A DNA stretch of 64,000 nucleotides, from assembly GCF_009914755.1 (NCBI RefSeq), contig NC_060928.1. One strand, written 5' to 3'. How positions within the stretch are numbered: position 1 is the first letter of the stretch; each line of letters opens with the position of its first letter. Position numbers and translations under genes: made by a program. Under the pieces are notes generated by a model, which saw only the letters and a program-made list of their open reading frames with translations, had not been told where the DNA came from and did not search any database. This stretch comes from the human T2T-CHM13v2.0 reference genome, Homo sapiens. Shown here piece by piece: positions 1 to 12,995 of this stretch.

Positions 1-553
1 GGGAAAAATATCTTTTCCTTCTACCCTTTTAAATTCAGAGCTGAATCCTTTATAATAAAAGATTAACCAGAGAAAAACATAGTGGTTTATTTAAACAAGT
101 TCTACGTAACACAAGGGCCATCCTCAGGAAGTGAAGATCAGAGGAAACAGTTACACTTGAGTGTTTTTAGTAGTAGGTTTGATGAAGAATGGAGAGACAC
201 TTGCAGAAATATGATCAGGCAAAAAGAGTACTAGATCTAATAGGAATAAATGGAGGGAAACTTAGCAGAGCCCGTTTGTTCAGATTCTCCTCTGGGTCCC
301 TGTGTCTTGGGAGATAGGGAACTGCCTTTCCTCTGTGGATACAGGAAGAGCACCTCTCACATGAGGGTCCTACGATGTGTTTTAGAGGAAGGTCAGCAAA
401 GGTTTTATTACCTGCTTCCGGGGAGAAAGGTGGCAAAGGAAGGTCAGAGTAATATTTCCACTTAAAATTTGCCATTTTCTCAAATCCTTCAGCTTAAAAA
501 ATTCAGTTTGCCAAGGTGCCATATTTTGGGGCAGCGTGTCCTCAACCCCATCA
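1..553 (-). mobile_element. ERV1-class solo LTR (subfamily uncertain), truncated by the window edge
   Basis: Terminus ...gccatattttggggcagcgtgtcctcaaccccatca (TGATGGGG on minus) resembles MER4-group LTR ends. Confidence 0.5.
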
Positions 554-822
554 CTGATTATTAAATCTGACCCTGCAGTTAATCCTGTAAATCAACTCAG
601 ATAAGCAACTGTAGCCATATAATGATGGCCAGGAGATTAAGTTCCACCTTAACTCTGGAAAAGCATGTTTATATTTTAATGTCAAGAGCTGCCCTCTTGT
701 CTATATGTGCTTTTTTATTGTTATTAGTAACTATAATTATGCTTGACATTAACAATGGCTATAACAAATATGAAAGCCAAAAGAATCAAAGGAAACGTTT
801 TGCTATTAAAGTACTTAAGTAT

Positions 823-843
823 TTTATTTAAATTCGTTTTATT
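823..843 (-). terminator. Tandem polyadenylation signals (AATAAA x2)
   Basis: Plus-strand tttatt at 823-828 and 838-843, followed on the minus strand by a U-rich downstream element (about 796-760). A third AATAAA lies at 714-719. Confidence 0.65.
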
Positions 844-854
844 GGTATCTTTGA

Positions 855-1153
855 TTTTTTTTTTTTTTTTTTTTTGAGACAGAGTCTTGCTCTGCACCAG
901 GCTGTAATGCAGTGGCGTGATCTTGGTTCACTGCAAACTCTGCCTGCCAGGTTCAAGTGATTCTCCTGCCTCAGCCTCCTGAGGAGCTGGGACTACAGGC
1001 GCGCACCACCACACCCAGCTAATTTTTGTGTTTTTAGTAGAGACAGGGTTTCACCATGTTGGCCAGGATGGTCTCGATCCCTTGACCTCATGATCCTCCC
1101 ACCTCAGAATCCCAAAGTGCTGGGATTACAGGCATGAGCCACTGCGCCTGGCC
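855..1153 (-). mobile_element. AluS (Sc-like) in the 3' UTR
   Basis: Full dimer, poly-T tail, TSD tctttga. Confidence 0.95.
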
Positions 1154-1861
1154 TCTTTGAATTTTTTTAAAAACATCCTGGTGCTAAAAGGCAGCAAGAT
1201 TCATAAATGCAAACAAACATATAAATAAACAACCAGGCCCTCTTCCCTTTTAAATAATCTGTGAAATAAAAATAATCTATCTGCATAGGAAACAATTATC
1301 AAATCAGCATCTACAATGTGGCCCAATAAAAGAAAGGGTTTTCATATTTGATCCTGTTTTTGGTTCCTCAAAATTAAAAACTTGGCTCCACTCTGTGCTG
1401 TATAATGATAGATTTTTTTTAAGAAGAGAGAGAGTGGGAATTCTCTTGCTGTTTCCATGGGTTTCATAATCTTTTTTTCCATGACTCATAATGGCTTCTT
1501 GCAAACACTCTTGTTCCCTTGATCTCATGGAGCGAATGAATGCTCTTAAGCTAGTTTTCATCAACCAGTCAGCATTCCTCCTGCTTTCCAACTGTGCATC
1601 CTCAGCTGGACACAAACATTTTCCAGTCTACTCATTCACAAAATAAACTTCTGAGTATTCTTCAAAGGGCTCGGTCCAACTTGCCCGGGGATATTCTGAA
1701 GATTTAAATAAAAGCAAGAAAATATTATTCACACAAAAATTTTGTTAAGTGTTACTTGAATTAGAATGGGCAGAAAACAATTTTAAAACCGTTTGTTAAA
1801 ACTATGGCTTATAAGACCACCAAAAAATGTTCTCAAGTCTCTGATTCAGGGCTCTTTCAGG

Positions 1862-2116
1862 GCAACCTGACCGCCTCAGCCTCCCAAAGTACTGGGATTA
1901 CAGGCGTGAGCCACCACACCCTTCCATGACTTCTTTTCCTTTGGGTAGATACCCAGTAGTGGGATTGCTAAATGGAACAGTAGTTCTATTTTTAGTTTTT
2001 TGAGAAATCTCCATACTGTTTTCTGTAGTGGCTATACTAGTTTACATTCCTACCAGCAGTGTATAAGAGTTCCCAAAGTTGGGACAGTTATTCTCCCTTT
2101 TCAGGGTGACCCCAGG
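1862..2116 (+). repeat. Displaced copy of 3883-4129 (Alu end + L1 + LTR junctions)
   Basis: Direct alignment by eye across three different repeat junctions. Confidence 0.9.
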
Positions 2117-3047
2117 ACTGATTCTGTGTTACGCCATGACACCCCCCATTATATCCCTAAGAAGACATTGTGCTCAGTGATAACAAACTTCTCAGCCTAG
2201 GACCAAGGAAACCTAGAGTCTCCACTAACCTCTGCTGCTACAGCATGTTTGGTTTATTTTCTATATCTATCAAATGAAAGTGTAAGTGTTCATGCCAGTT
2301 TCTTTCAATTATAACATTCCATGATTCTAACACAGAGACATAGAAATTGGGATTTATTCATTTACTCAACAAATCCTTATTGAACATCTAAACGCTAGGC
2401 ATCATGTCCTCTGAAGGAGGAGTCTCTCTATCGTGCTCCCCAAGTCCCTCTCTTCACATGTGAACACCTTTATCATGTTACTTGAGTCTTTATTGGAATT
2501 AGGGCTTCTCTAATCTGACTCCTCCATTGACTACATTGTTGTTTTTGCCAATGAGTAGGATTCTCAACATACAGTAGGTGGTCAAAAATCATTTGGTGAA
2601 TGAACAAAGAAAGAGGAACTCTTCAGATGCAAAGATAAGCATCCCAGAATGAACAACCAGAATGAGAGGTCTCGAGCATAATAATATCCAGTAATATTTC
2701 ATTGACACAATCATATGACTACACTATATGCTACTTAGGAATTTCTGAGCCAACAGCAGACCCTGGTTGCACTGAGACCCAAAGTACTAAGACCTGCCTC
2801 TCTTTAACCTTGAACACAGACAGATTCTTGGCACTAAGTTTCAATTTGGCGTATTGAGCCATCGACGCTGGATCCCTTTGGCTGCCTCTCCCAATCTGCC
2901 CTCCACTCGTTTCCACCCTACTTGGTGCCCTGGGAGGCCAACTTACATAACTGCCTCCGCTGGGCTCCAGTGCCCTCTGGCTCTGGCTGGGTTTGGTCAA
3001 TGGGGGAGTACTAGCACATTAGAGGAAGAGATGATGGCAAAGTTGGG

Positions 3048-4086
3048 GTTTGTTTGTACAAATTTATGGGGTACCTGTTAACTTTTGTTCTATGTATATA
3101 ATGCATAGTGATTAGTGATCAAGTCAGAATACTTAGGATATCTGTCGCCCAAGTACAATACATTTTTGTGTAATTATAGTCACGCTACTGTGCTTTCACA
3201 CATTCAATGTATTCCTTCTATCTGACTGTACATTTGTACCCTTTAACCCATTTCCCTTCACTTTAATCCATTTCCCTTCATCCTCTCCCCACAACTTACC
3301 TTTCCCAGTCTCTGTTCTCTATCTTTCCACTCTACTTCCATGTGATCAACTTTTTTAGCTCTCACCTACAAGTGGAGAACATGTGATATTTGCCTTTTTG
3401 TCCGTGGCTTACTTCACTTGAGATAATGACCTCCAGTCCCATCCAAGTTGCTGCATATGGCACGATTTCATTTTTTATGGCAAATATTTCGTTGTATATA
3501 TGCACCACATTTGTTTATCCATTCACCTGTTGATGGGCACTTAGGTCCATTCCATATCTTTGCTATTGTGAATAGTGCTACAATAAACATGTGAGTATAG
3601 GTATCCCTTTGCTATAGTGATTTATTTTCTTTTTCCGTTTCTTTCTTTTTTTGTTTTTTAAGACATGGTCTCATTTTGTCTCCCAAGCTAGAGCGCAGTG
3701 GCATGGCATGAACACAGCTCACTGCAGCCTCAACTTCCCAGGCTCAAGTGATCTTCCTGCCTCAGCCTCCCCAGTAGCTGGGATTTCAGACACGTGTCAC
3801 CACGCCTGGCTAATTTTTGTATTTTTTGTAGAGACAGGGTTTCACCATGTTGCTCAGGCTGGTCTCGAACCCCTGAGCTCCAGCAACCTGCCCACCTCAG
3901 CCTCCCAAAGTGCTGGGATTACAGATGTGAGCCACCACACCCTGAGGTGATTTATTTTCCTTTGGGTAGATACCCAGTAGCGGGATTGCTGAATGGAAGA
4001 GTAGTTCTATTTTAAGTTTTTTGAGAAATATCCTACTGTTTTCTGTAGTGGCTATACTCTTCCTACCAACAGTGTAAAAGAGTTCC
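3048..4086 (-). mobile_element. L1MA-type 3' fragment
   Basis: Antisense L1 3' UTR/ORF2 end; TSD caaagttRgg at 3038-3047 and 4087-4096. Confidence 0.85.
3630..3946 (-). mobile_element. AluJ inside L1
   Basis: Dimer; TSD gtgatttattttc. Confidence 0.9.
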
Positions 4087-4186
4087 CAAAGTTAGGATAG
4101 TTATTCTCTCTTTTCAGGGTGACCCCAGGCTATAGTGTCCCTTGACCAAATGTCACAGCTCCTGTAGGACAGCCCTCCTCACACAC

Positions 4187-4219
<33 letters not shown>

Positions 4220-4260
4220 GTATACATGCATGCATGTCTGTCTCTGTCTCTGTCTCTCTG
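4187..4260. repeat. (TG)n plus (TCTG/TC)n microsatellite
   Basis: Directly visible. Confidence 0.95.
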
Positions 4261-5085
4261 GGTTTCTTTCCCCTTTAGTCTTAAAGACAGTAGCAGGGCC
4301 CCACTCTTCCTAGTCTCAGGGTGCTGCATTCTCCCTTTTAGTTTTCCCACACCCTAGTTTAATATGCCCTTCATTAAACTAATCTCAAATTATTCAATTT
4401 GAGTGCAATATCAATTTCCTGATAGGACCTTGACTGAAAAACCACCCACGTATTCTGAAGAGTAAATGATATAACCAATTACCACAAAGCACAATAAGTG
4501 GGATGCTTATAAATGCTAGTTTCCCTCCCCTTCCCTGTTATAATTTTTATACCCCCTACAATGGCTATTCCTAGTGCCTTTAACATAATTGCTACTTAAG
4601 AAAGATTTGATGAATGAATAAAAAAAAATTTCAACACTTTTGACCATACTTTTAGACTTAAATTCATGGAAATCAATATGCATTAATTTAGATTATCAGA
4701 TGTTACATTTAGAGAAGTTTTTATTTCAATAATTGTGGAGGAGGCAGTTTGCTTTACACATCTCATTCTCTATTTTCTCATAGTCTAACTAAGTTATGGC
4801 TCAACTCCGGAAAAACAGGGCCAAGGGATAAGCTATCATCTCAGGAGCAGTTTAAAAGACTAACAGATTAGTTTAACAGACTAAGAGATCCATCTACTGA
4901 TCCTTCCTAGATCTTAGAGAAAATAGTCATTTTATTTCATGTCATCTAATTCATATGAACTGACTTTGCAAATTCATCATTTTCTACCTCCTACCAGATA
5001 GAAATGGAGTTTGGGATCAACTGTGCATCCTTGAATTTATCTGTGTTTATAATGAAGAAGTCGATAAAGCCGAATCATCACTCAC

Positions 5086-5123
5086 CGTGTATATTGATCT
5101 CACTGATGCACTGTGGAAGTAAC
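5086..5123 (-). other. TMEM156: 3' UTR part of TMEM156 exon 6
   Basis: 38 nt after the stop codon, ending at a strong donor ACG|GTGAGT (5085-5080). Confidence 0.8.
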
Positions 5124-5191
5124 TTATAGTTCTGGAATTGGGGGAAGCACTTCCTGGACTTGATCCAAAGGCAGCCTCTGCGTGGTCTCTG
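5124..5191 (-). CDS. TMEM156: TMEM156 last coding exon (exon 6, coding part)
   Basis: Acceptor ttcttaaatAG|CAGAGACC. Encodes AETTQRLPLDQVQEVLPPIPEL then TAA at 5126-5124. Confidence 0.93.
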
Positions 5192-5849
5192 CTATTTAAG
5201 AAGGAGAACTGTTTTAGTCTATATGTAGTAAATAGCAAAAAGAGACAGGCTTATTCTAATGTAGTAAGAGTAGCAAGAGAAGCATGCTCTACCTCTAGAA
5301 AGGATTTTGGGACTTTCTACCCTCACTAATTTTCCTGCCTACCTCTCTAACACCTTTCACCCATTTCTCTCAACTCCTCACCCCACGTCCTGGGCACAAA
5401 TACCTGAAGCATAGTTAAGGAAGACAACGTAGAGAACAAATTTAAAGTCCAGTGTCAAGTAGCAAGCAAAGAATCTTAGTTTGGAAACTGACTGCAAACA
5501 TTTTATTCTATCACATTTTGTTGAAATATGTCCCTAAGGAGAATATTAATGATGTCTTTGATCTCAGGGACAATTTTACCAAGAAGCAAAGTCACAAATT
5601 AGATGAATTCTAATCTGTCTTCCTGCTCATGACTGTATGACTTTTTAAAATTCTTCTAATATTATCCTCAGCTGACTTCGAGGTGGAAGATGAAACTTTA
5701 TTTCCTACATCATGACATCTCGTTCATTCTCCTAAGATCCACGGTCTTGTTTTTCTAGCTTTTATATTGAGAATTGAGTTTTTGTTTCATAGACATCTCT
5801 ACTTTTGATACAAAGCCCTGAACACAGGTGAAATTGAGGTGACCTATAA

Positions 5850-6732
<883 letters not shown>

Positions 6733-8107
6733 TGAATGAGCCTGAGCAACCTTTCACGTGTGTAAGCGCCAGCCGTTTGTATTTCCTTTTCTGTAGGCAG
6801 TCCAGTCTTATCCTTCACCATTTGCCTCCTGCATTGTGGTCTTTTCTTCAATTATTAGAAGCTCCTTATTTACTAGAGATTTAGTTGCTTACTCGATAAA
6901 CTGCAAATAATTTTGCCCATTAATTGTTGGTCTTTTTTCTTAGCTTGTGATAGTTTTTTTGCTGTGTACATTTTTTTCCACATAGTCAATTTGATGAGTC
7001 TCTTCTCTGAGTTTTGTGTCATGATTAGAAAGACCAATTTTGCAGTTATAAATGAGTCGTAGCATTGATTCTTCTATTACTTTTATAGTTTAATGTTTAA
7101 ATTAAAATCATTGATCCATTTAAAAGTCACCCTAATGTGAGTGTGAGATCTTGATTAAGTTAACTTGTTGTCCTAAACGATTATTCAGTCATCCCAATAC
7201 CAGTCAGTTTGTAATCCAGTACCTTGATGGAATGAATACCTCTCCTCTATTCTTCTATTTCAATTTTTTCCTGGCTATTACTCACAGTTTACTTTTCATA
7301 GGGATATTGAAATGAACTTGTTTATTTCAAAAGATATTATTTTTATTTATTTAGGAAGAATTAGCATCTTTATATATTCGTCTTCCTCTTCAAGAACATG
7401 ATACATTTTTCCTTTATTCAAGTCATTTTTATGTCACTCAGTAGCATTTTACTGAAGTTTTCTTCAGAAAGATCTTGCAAATTTCTTACTAAGTTTATTC
7501 CTAGTTACTTTATTTATAATTGTTTTAAATACAGTGTATCCTCTAACTGGTTATTGTTTAAGTAGGTGGATCCCATTAATTTTTTAAATATTTTTGTACC
7601 CTGTCCCTTACTAAATTTTTCTTTTTTCATGATTTCTTTAAGGGAATTGTCTTAGGTTTTCCAGGTACACAATTGTATCATCTGCAGAATACGTGATCAT
7701 TTTACCTATTCTTTCCAGTTTTGAAACTTCGTATTTCTGATCACTTAACTAACTGTGTTGACTAGTACTTCCAATACAATGGTAGATAAAATGGCAGTAG
7801 TGGACACCCTGGAAAATTTCTGGCTCGGCAGGGCACGCTTTTAGTGTTTCCCTATAAAACATATTTCTGGGGTTTTTTGTTTGTTTGAGAGAAATATATT
7901 TTATCATTTTATCACATTAAGGAAGTATGTATTTGTCTTATTTTTATTAGAAGTTTTAATGAAAAATGCATTGTATTTTGTCAAATGCATTTTTAGTATA
8001 ACCAACCATTTATCTCTTTACATCTATAAATATGATGATGAGTAACAGGTTTTCTAATGCTAAACTGTCCTATAATTCCTGGAATAGGCCCCCTTGATCA
8101 GGAAGGA

Positions 8108-8111
8108 GTGC

Positions 8112-8142
<31 letters not shown>

Positions 8143-8148
8143 TGTGTG
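8108..8148. repeat. (TG)n microsatellite
   Basis: Directly visible. Confidence 0.95.
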
Positions 8149-8254
8149 TTATTTTTAAACTGTGCTACTGGATTGCTAATGTTTTATTTAGGATTTTTGC
8201 ATGGATATACACAAGTAAGATTTCTCAATGATTTATTTATTTTTTCTTTCTTTC

Positions 8255-8421
8255 TCTCTTTTTTTTTTTTTTTTAGACAAGCTCTTGCACTGTCACCCAG
8301 GTTGGAGTATAGTGGTGCCATCATGGCTCACTGCAGCCTCAAACTCCTGGGCTCAAGCAGTCCTCCTGCCTCAGCCTTGCAAAGCCCTGAGATTACAGGC
8401 ATGAGCCACTGCATCCAGGCT
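8255..8421 (-). mobile_element. Alu monomer (FLAM/AluJ-like)
   Basis: Short Alu with poly-T tail. Confidence 0.85.
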
Positions 8422-8725
8422 GATTTCATTTTAGACTCAATCTTTCTTGGATTTGAATATTATTAATAATGTTTATTTCAAAAATAGAATTAGGAAATAT
8501 CTTTGGTCTTGCAACAGTTTAAATACATTGGAAATACCTATGTCTTAGAGATTGGTAGCATTCTCCTGCGAACTGCTCTTCCTGTTACTTTTTGAAGGAC
8601 AATTAACACATTTTCTATTTCTTCCATGACAATTTAGATTTTCTAATTCTTCTGGTGTTGGGTTTTATACATTTTTCCCAGAAAATTATATATTTTAACT
8701 GAAGATTTTTTTTAATTAAAAGTAA

Positions 8726-9020
<295 letters not shown>

Positions 9021-9411
9021 GATCTGAAGATTTTTAAAATTAAGATAGTAACTACTGTTTAAGGGGCAGGAATAAATAGGCCATTTCCAGCAGATATTGA
9101 GGGCCCTTAGATGTCTACGGAAAAACTAAAATCACCACTAAAGTTAGAATTTCTTCTTACCCTTTAGACTTCTAAAGGGTAAATGACAAAACTTCCTTTG
9201 ACTTATTAGGACAAAGAGGGGAAAATGAGACCCGAGGCCATCTTTACCTGGCCCACAGCACTCATCTCCTGCTCTCCTCCACACACATCCATTGCATTTG
9301 AGCCCCTTGGCATCCTTAACTTTTATTTTATTGTCATTAAGTACCAACCACATCTATGGGGCTATGTCTGTCAGCCCAGTCTCACACTAGAAGTTCCTAG
9401 CAGTCTGTGAT

Positions 9412-9728
9412 TTTTTTTCTTTTCTTTTTTCTTTTCTTTTTTTTTTTTTTTTGAGACAGAGTCTCGCTTTTTCACCCAAGCTGGAGTGCAGTGGTGCAAT
9501 CTCGGCTCACCGCAACCTCCACCTCCAGAGTTCAAGTGATTCTCATACCTCAGACTCCCGAGTAGCTGGAATCACAGGCATGTGCCACCATGCCCAGCTA
9601 ATTTTTATATTTTTAGTAGAGATGGGGTTTCATCATGTTGGCTAGGCTGGCCTCGAACTTCTGATCTCGAGGCCTACCTTGGCCTCCCAAAGTGCTGGGA
9701 TTACAGGCATGAGCCACTGCGCCTGGCC
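9412..9728 (-). mobile_element. AluS with a small internal deletion
   Basis: Dimer; TSD tgtgattttt. Confidence 0.93.
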
Positions 9729-9756
9729 TGTGATTTTTGTCTTTCTAAAAGAATGG

Positions 9757-10715
9757 CTGTGGATCATTCTAAGATAGTCCCCAGGAGTCCCACCCCCCTG
9801 ATGTGCAATACTCATTATAATCTCCTCTCCTTGAGCGTGGGCAAGACCATGAACCAGATGGGATTTCACTCCTGTGATTAGGTCATATTATAAGGCATAG
9901 ATGAAGGGATTTTACAGGTATGACTAATATCCCAAATCAATAAAAGGGGAGGCCATCTTGGATGGGCCTGAATTAAAGAGGTAAAATCCCTTAAAAGAGA
10001 AACGGCCCTTCCTGAGGTCAGAAAGACTCTCACTAGCCTTAAAGAAGCAAACTGCAGGCTGGGCACAGTGGCTCACGACTGTAATCCCAGCACTTCGGGA
10101 GGCCAAGGCGGGAGGATCACCCGAGGTCAGGAGATTGAGACCATCCTGGCCAACATGGTGAAACCCCATCTCTACTAAAAACACAAAAATTAGCTGGGCA
10201 TGGTGGTGCGTGCCTGTAATCTCAGTTATTTGGGAGGCTGAGGCAGGAGAATCCCTTCAACTCACTCGGGAGGCGGAAGTTGCAGTGAGCCAAGATCATG
10301 CCACTGTTCTCCAGCCTGGTGACAGAGCTAGACTCCGTCTCAAAAAAAAAAAAAAAAAAAAAGCAAACTGCCATGCTGTGAAATGCCTATGGACAGGGAC
10401 TCCTGGTGGTGACTGCCAAGTGGCCTCTGGGACCTGAGGACAGCCTCCAGTGGACAGCCGGGAAGATGCCAAGGCCCTCCGTACACAGCCGTAAGTGAAT
10501 TCTTCCCATAACCCGAGTGAGCGTAGATGCATAGCATCCAGATGGGAATGCAGTCCAGCTGACATCTTGATTTCAGCCTGTGAGACCCTAAGCAGAAGAT
10601 CCGGTTAAGCCACGCACAGATATCTGACCAACAGAAACTGTGAGATAATAAGTGTGTGCTGTTTTAAGCCACTAAGTGTGTGGTAATTGGTTACACAACA
10701 ACAGAAAGCTAATAA
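9757..10715 (+). mobile_element. MaLR LTR (MLT1E/F-like)
   Basis: 3' end ctgttttaagccactaagtgtgtggtaattggttacaca...; interrupted by an Alu. Confidence 0.8.
10057..10362 (+). mobile_element. AluS inside MLT1
   Basis: Dimer; TSD aagcaaactgc. Confidence 0.95.
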
Positions 10716-10857
10716 GTACAGTGACTGACAGACCCTTGGCCTGAAAATCAACAGAGGTAGTTATTTAAAATGCATGTTGCAGATCTATTGAATTAAGAAT
10801 CTATCTTCATAGAAGCCTAGGAGCCTGGATTTTTATAGACATCCAAGTTGATTCTGA

Positions 10858-11307
<450 letters not shown>

Positions 11308-12833
11308 TAATTATCCAAGGAAATTAACAGAGTTCTTTTCGTTGAAAAGCCAAACCGCTGGTTTGGCTGGTGTTTGCTGGTGTTTATAGCATAAAATATA
11401 ACTGTAATTTACAACAGAAAGCGATTGCCTGTCAAAATGATGGCTAGTCTAAAGTAATTCTCTAGTGGGGCATTATCTTCAGTTTCTTTCAGTATCCAAA
11501 GTCATGTAACTTATATGGTAATAGCAAATCTTCTAAAAATTGATTAAAAGGCAAAAAGGTAGGATATATGTCATTTTAATGCCTTCTTCAGAATAGCTAA
11601 AACGGGTGGAAATTTTTTCTGGTTCTACATAAGAAATACAATTTCTTTCAAATAATATTAATTCACCAACACTAGTTAAGGCAGTAGAAACAGTCAGAAA
11701 TATTTTAAAGCTTCACAGCAGTCTTTTCATGAATTTATCAAATCTCTGAAACAAACATTTCTATGACTTCTTTTCAGAAACTTCAAACAGCCTTAAAAAA
11801 ATTTTTTTAAATCCCAGTCTGAATTTTGACCTGGCTGAATCTAGTGAACAAAATGGATTTTCAGGAGTAGAAACTGATTAAAAATAAAATTCCATGCCTT
11901 ATGCTCTCAAATAAAGCCCCTATCACACTATCCCTGACCATGCCCAGGCAGCCCTCGGATGCTTCTTCTTTTTCTTCTTTTAGATAAAGATTTCTATCGC
12001 TTTTCAAAGGTGCTTTATATCCATGACATCTGGTATCTAACCTCAACTCATCTTTCCCAAGTAACTTTTGATTCCCACTGAGTACTGGAAACTTGCAAGG
12101 TGTTTTCGTTACTTTGGTCCTGATGATTTTCATGTCAAAGACAAGGTCCATCTCCCACCATGAAAGCTCATCTAAAACTTCTTCATCCTAGCCAGCCTCT
12201 CTTGACTGCTAAGGGAATTTGCCCCAGCCATTTTTTTTTATTCTCTTATCTCCAAAACTACTTGTTCAGCTACATTTTATATGGTTATTAAATTGGAAAG
12301 CCAAAGGTAACTTTTAAAAAAATACCAAGAAGGAGTAAATAGGGTTAGGAGATCACACAGTATATGTCCCTCTGTGCCCTCCACGTCCCAAATAGAGAAC
12401 TTACCCAACTTTGTTGTAATTACTCATTTGTCTGCCTCCTTGAGCACAAAGCTGGTATTCTGGGCACTGTTTTATTCCCCAGAACCTACCTCAGACACAT
12501 AATAGGTACTCAACAAATATGGGCTGAATGATCAAAAGAATATCATTTAACGCCTCTGTGCCTCATTTCGCTCAGCAACAGGGTATGGGTTCAGGCAGTT
12601 CAAGGAGCAATTCCAGAGGGCCACCCATGATTTGGGGGTAACAAAAATAAAATGGTCCTCTGATTTTAATCTATAAAATCAGCACACGATCAGCACACAG
12701 ACACACAAATTCATCTTCAAAAAATTATTCCCAATCCAAAGCTTGTTAAATGTTAAAACCTCTCTGTTAAATGAGCTTGTCAGGCTACCCCTAAAATGGG
12801 GAGAAAGTCTCAAGCTATCTGCCAAGGAATGCA

Positions 12834-12995
12834 TTTTTTTTTTCTTTTGAGACAGGGTCTCGCTCTGTCACCTAGGCCGGAGTGCAGAGGCACAATCACA
12901 TCTCATTGCAGCCTTCACCTCCCAGGCTCAAGGGATCCTCCCACCTGAGGCTCCCGAAATGTTGGATTACAGGTGTGAGCCACCACACCTGGACT
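12834..12995 (-). mobile_element. Alu monomer (FLAM/AluJ-like)
   Basis: Short Alu; TSD ggaatgcatttt. Confidence 0.85.

Larger units (their letters stand above)
800..1695 (-). other. TMEM156: TMEM156 non-coding terminal exon (3' UTR, contains an Alu)
   Basis: Acceptor ttttcttgcttttatttaaatcttcAG|AATATCC at 1695; AATAAA signals near 823-843. The 3' end is approximate. Confidence 0.7.
2860..4440 (+). mobile_element. ERVL LTR33-like LTR, interrupted by L1 and a microsatellite
   Basis: gccctctggctctggctgggtttggtcaatggggga motif and a 3' end tttgagtgcaatatcaatttcctgataggaccttgactga. Confidence 0.55.
6760..8720 (-). mobile_element. Ancient L1M(E) fragment
   Basis: T-rich degenerate antisense ORF2 motifs (tatcatctgcagaat, ctagtacttccaatacaatg). 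Confidence 0.7.

Noticed and set aside
1304-1615. 103-aa minus-strand ORF inside the 3' UTR exon
   Set aside because: Non-ATG start, downstream of the main stop, and no recognisable homology.
3241-3280. 20-bp tandem repeat (similar short repeats at 48891-48928 and 11357-11385)
   Set aside because: Two or three short units from replication slippage; no spacer structure, so not a CRISPR-like array.
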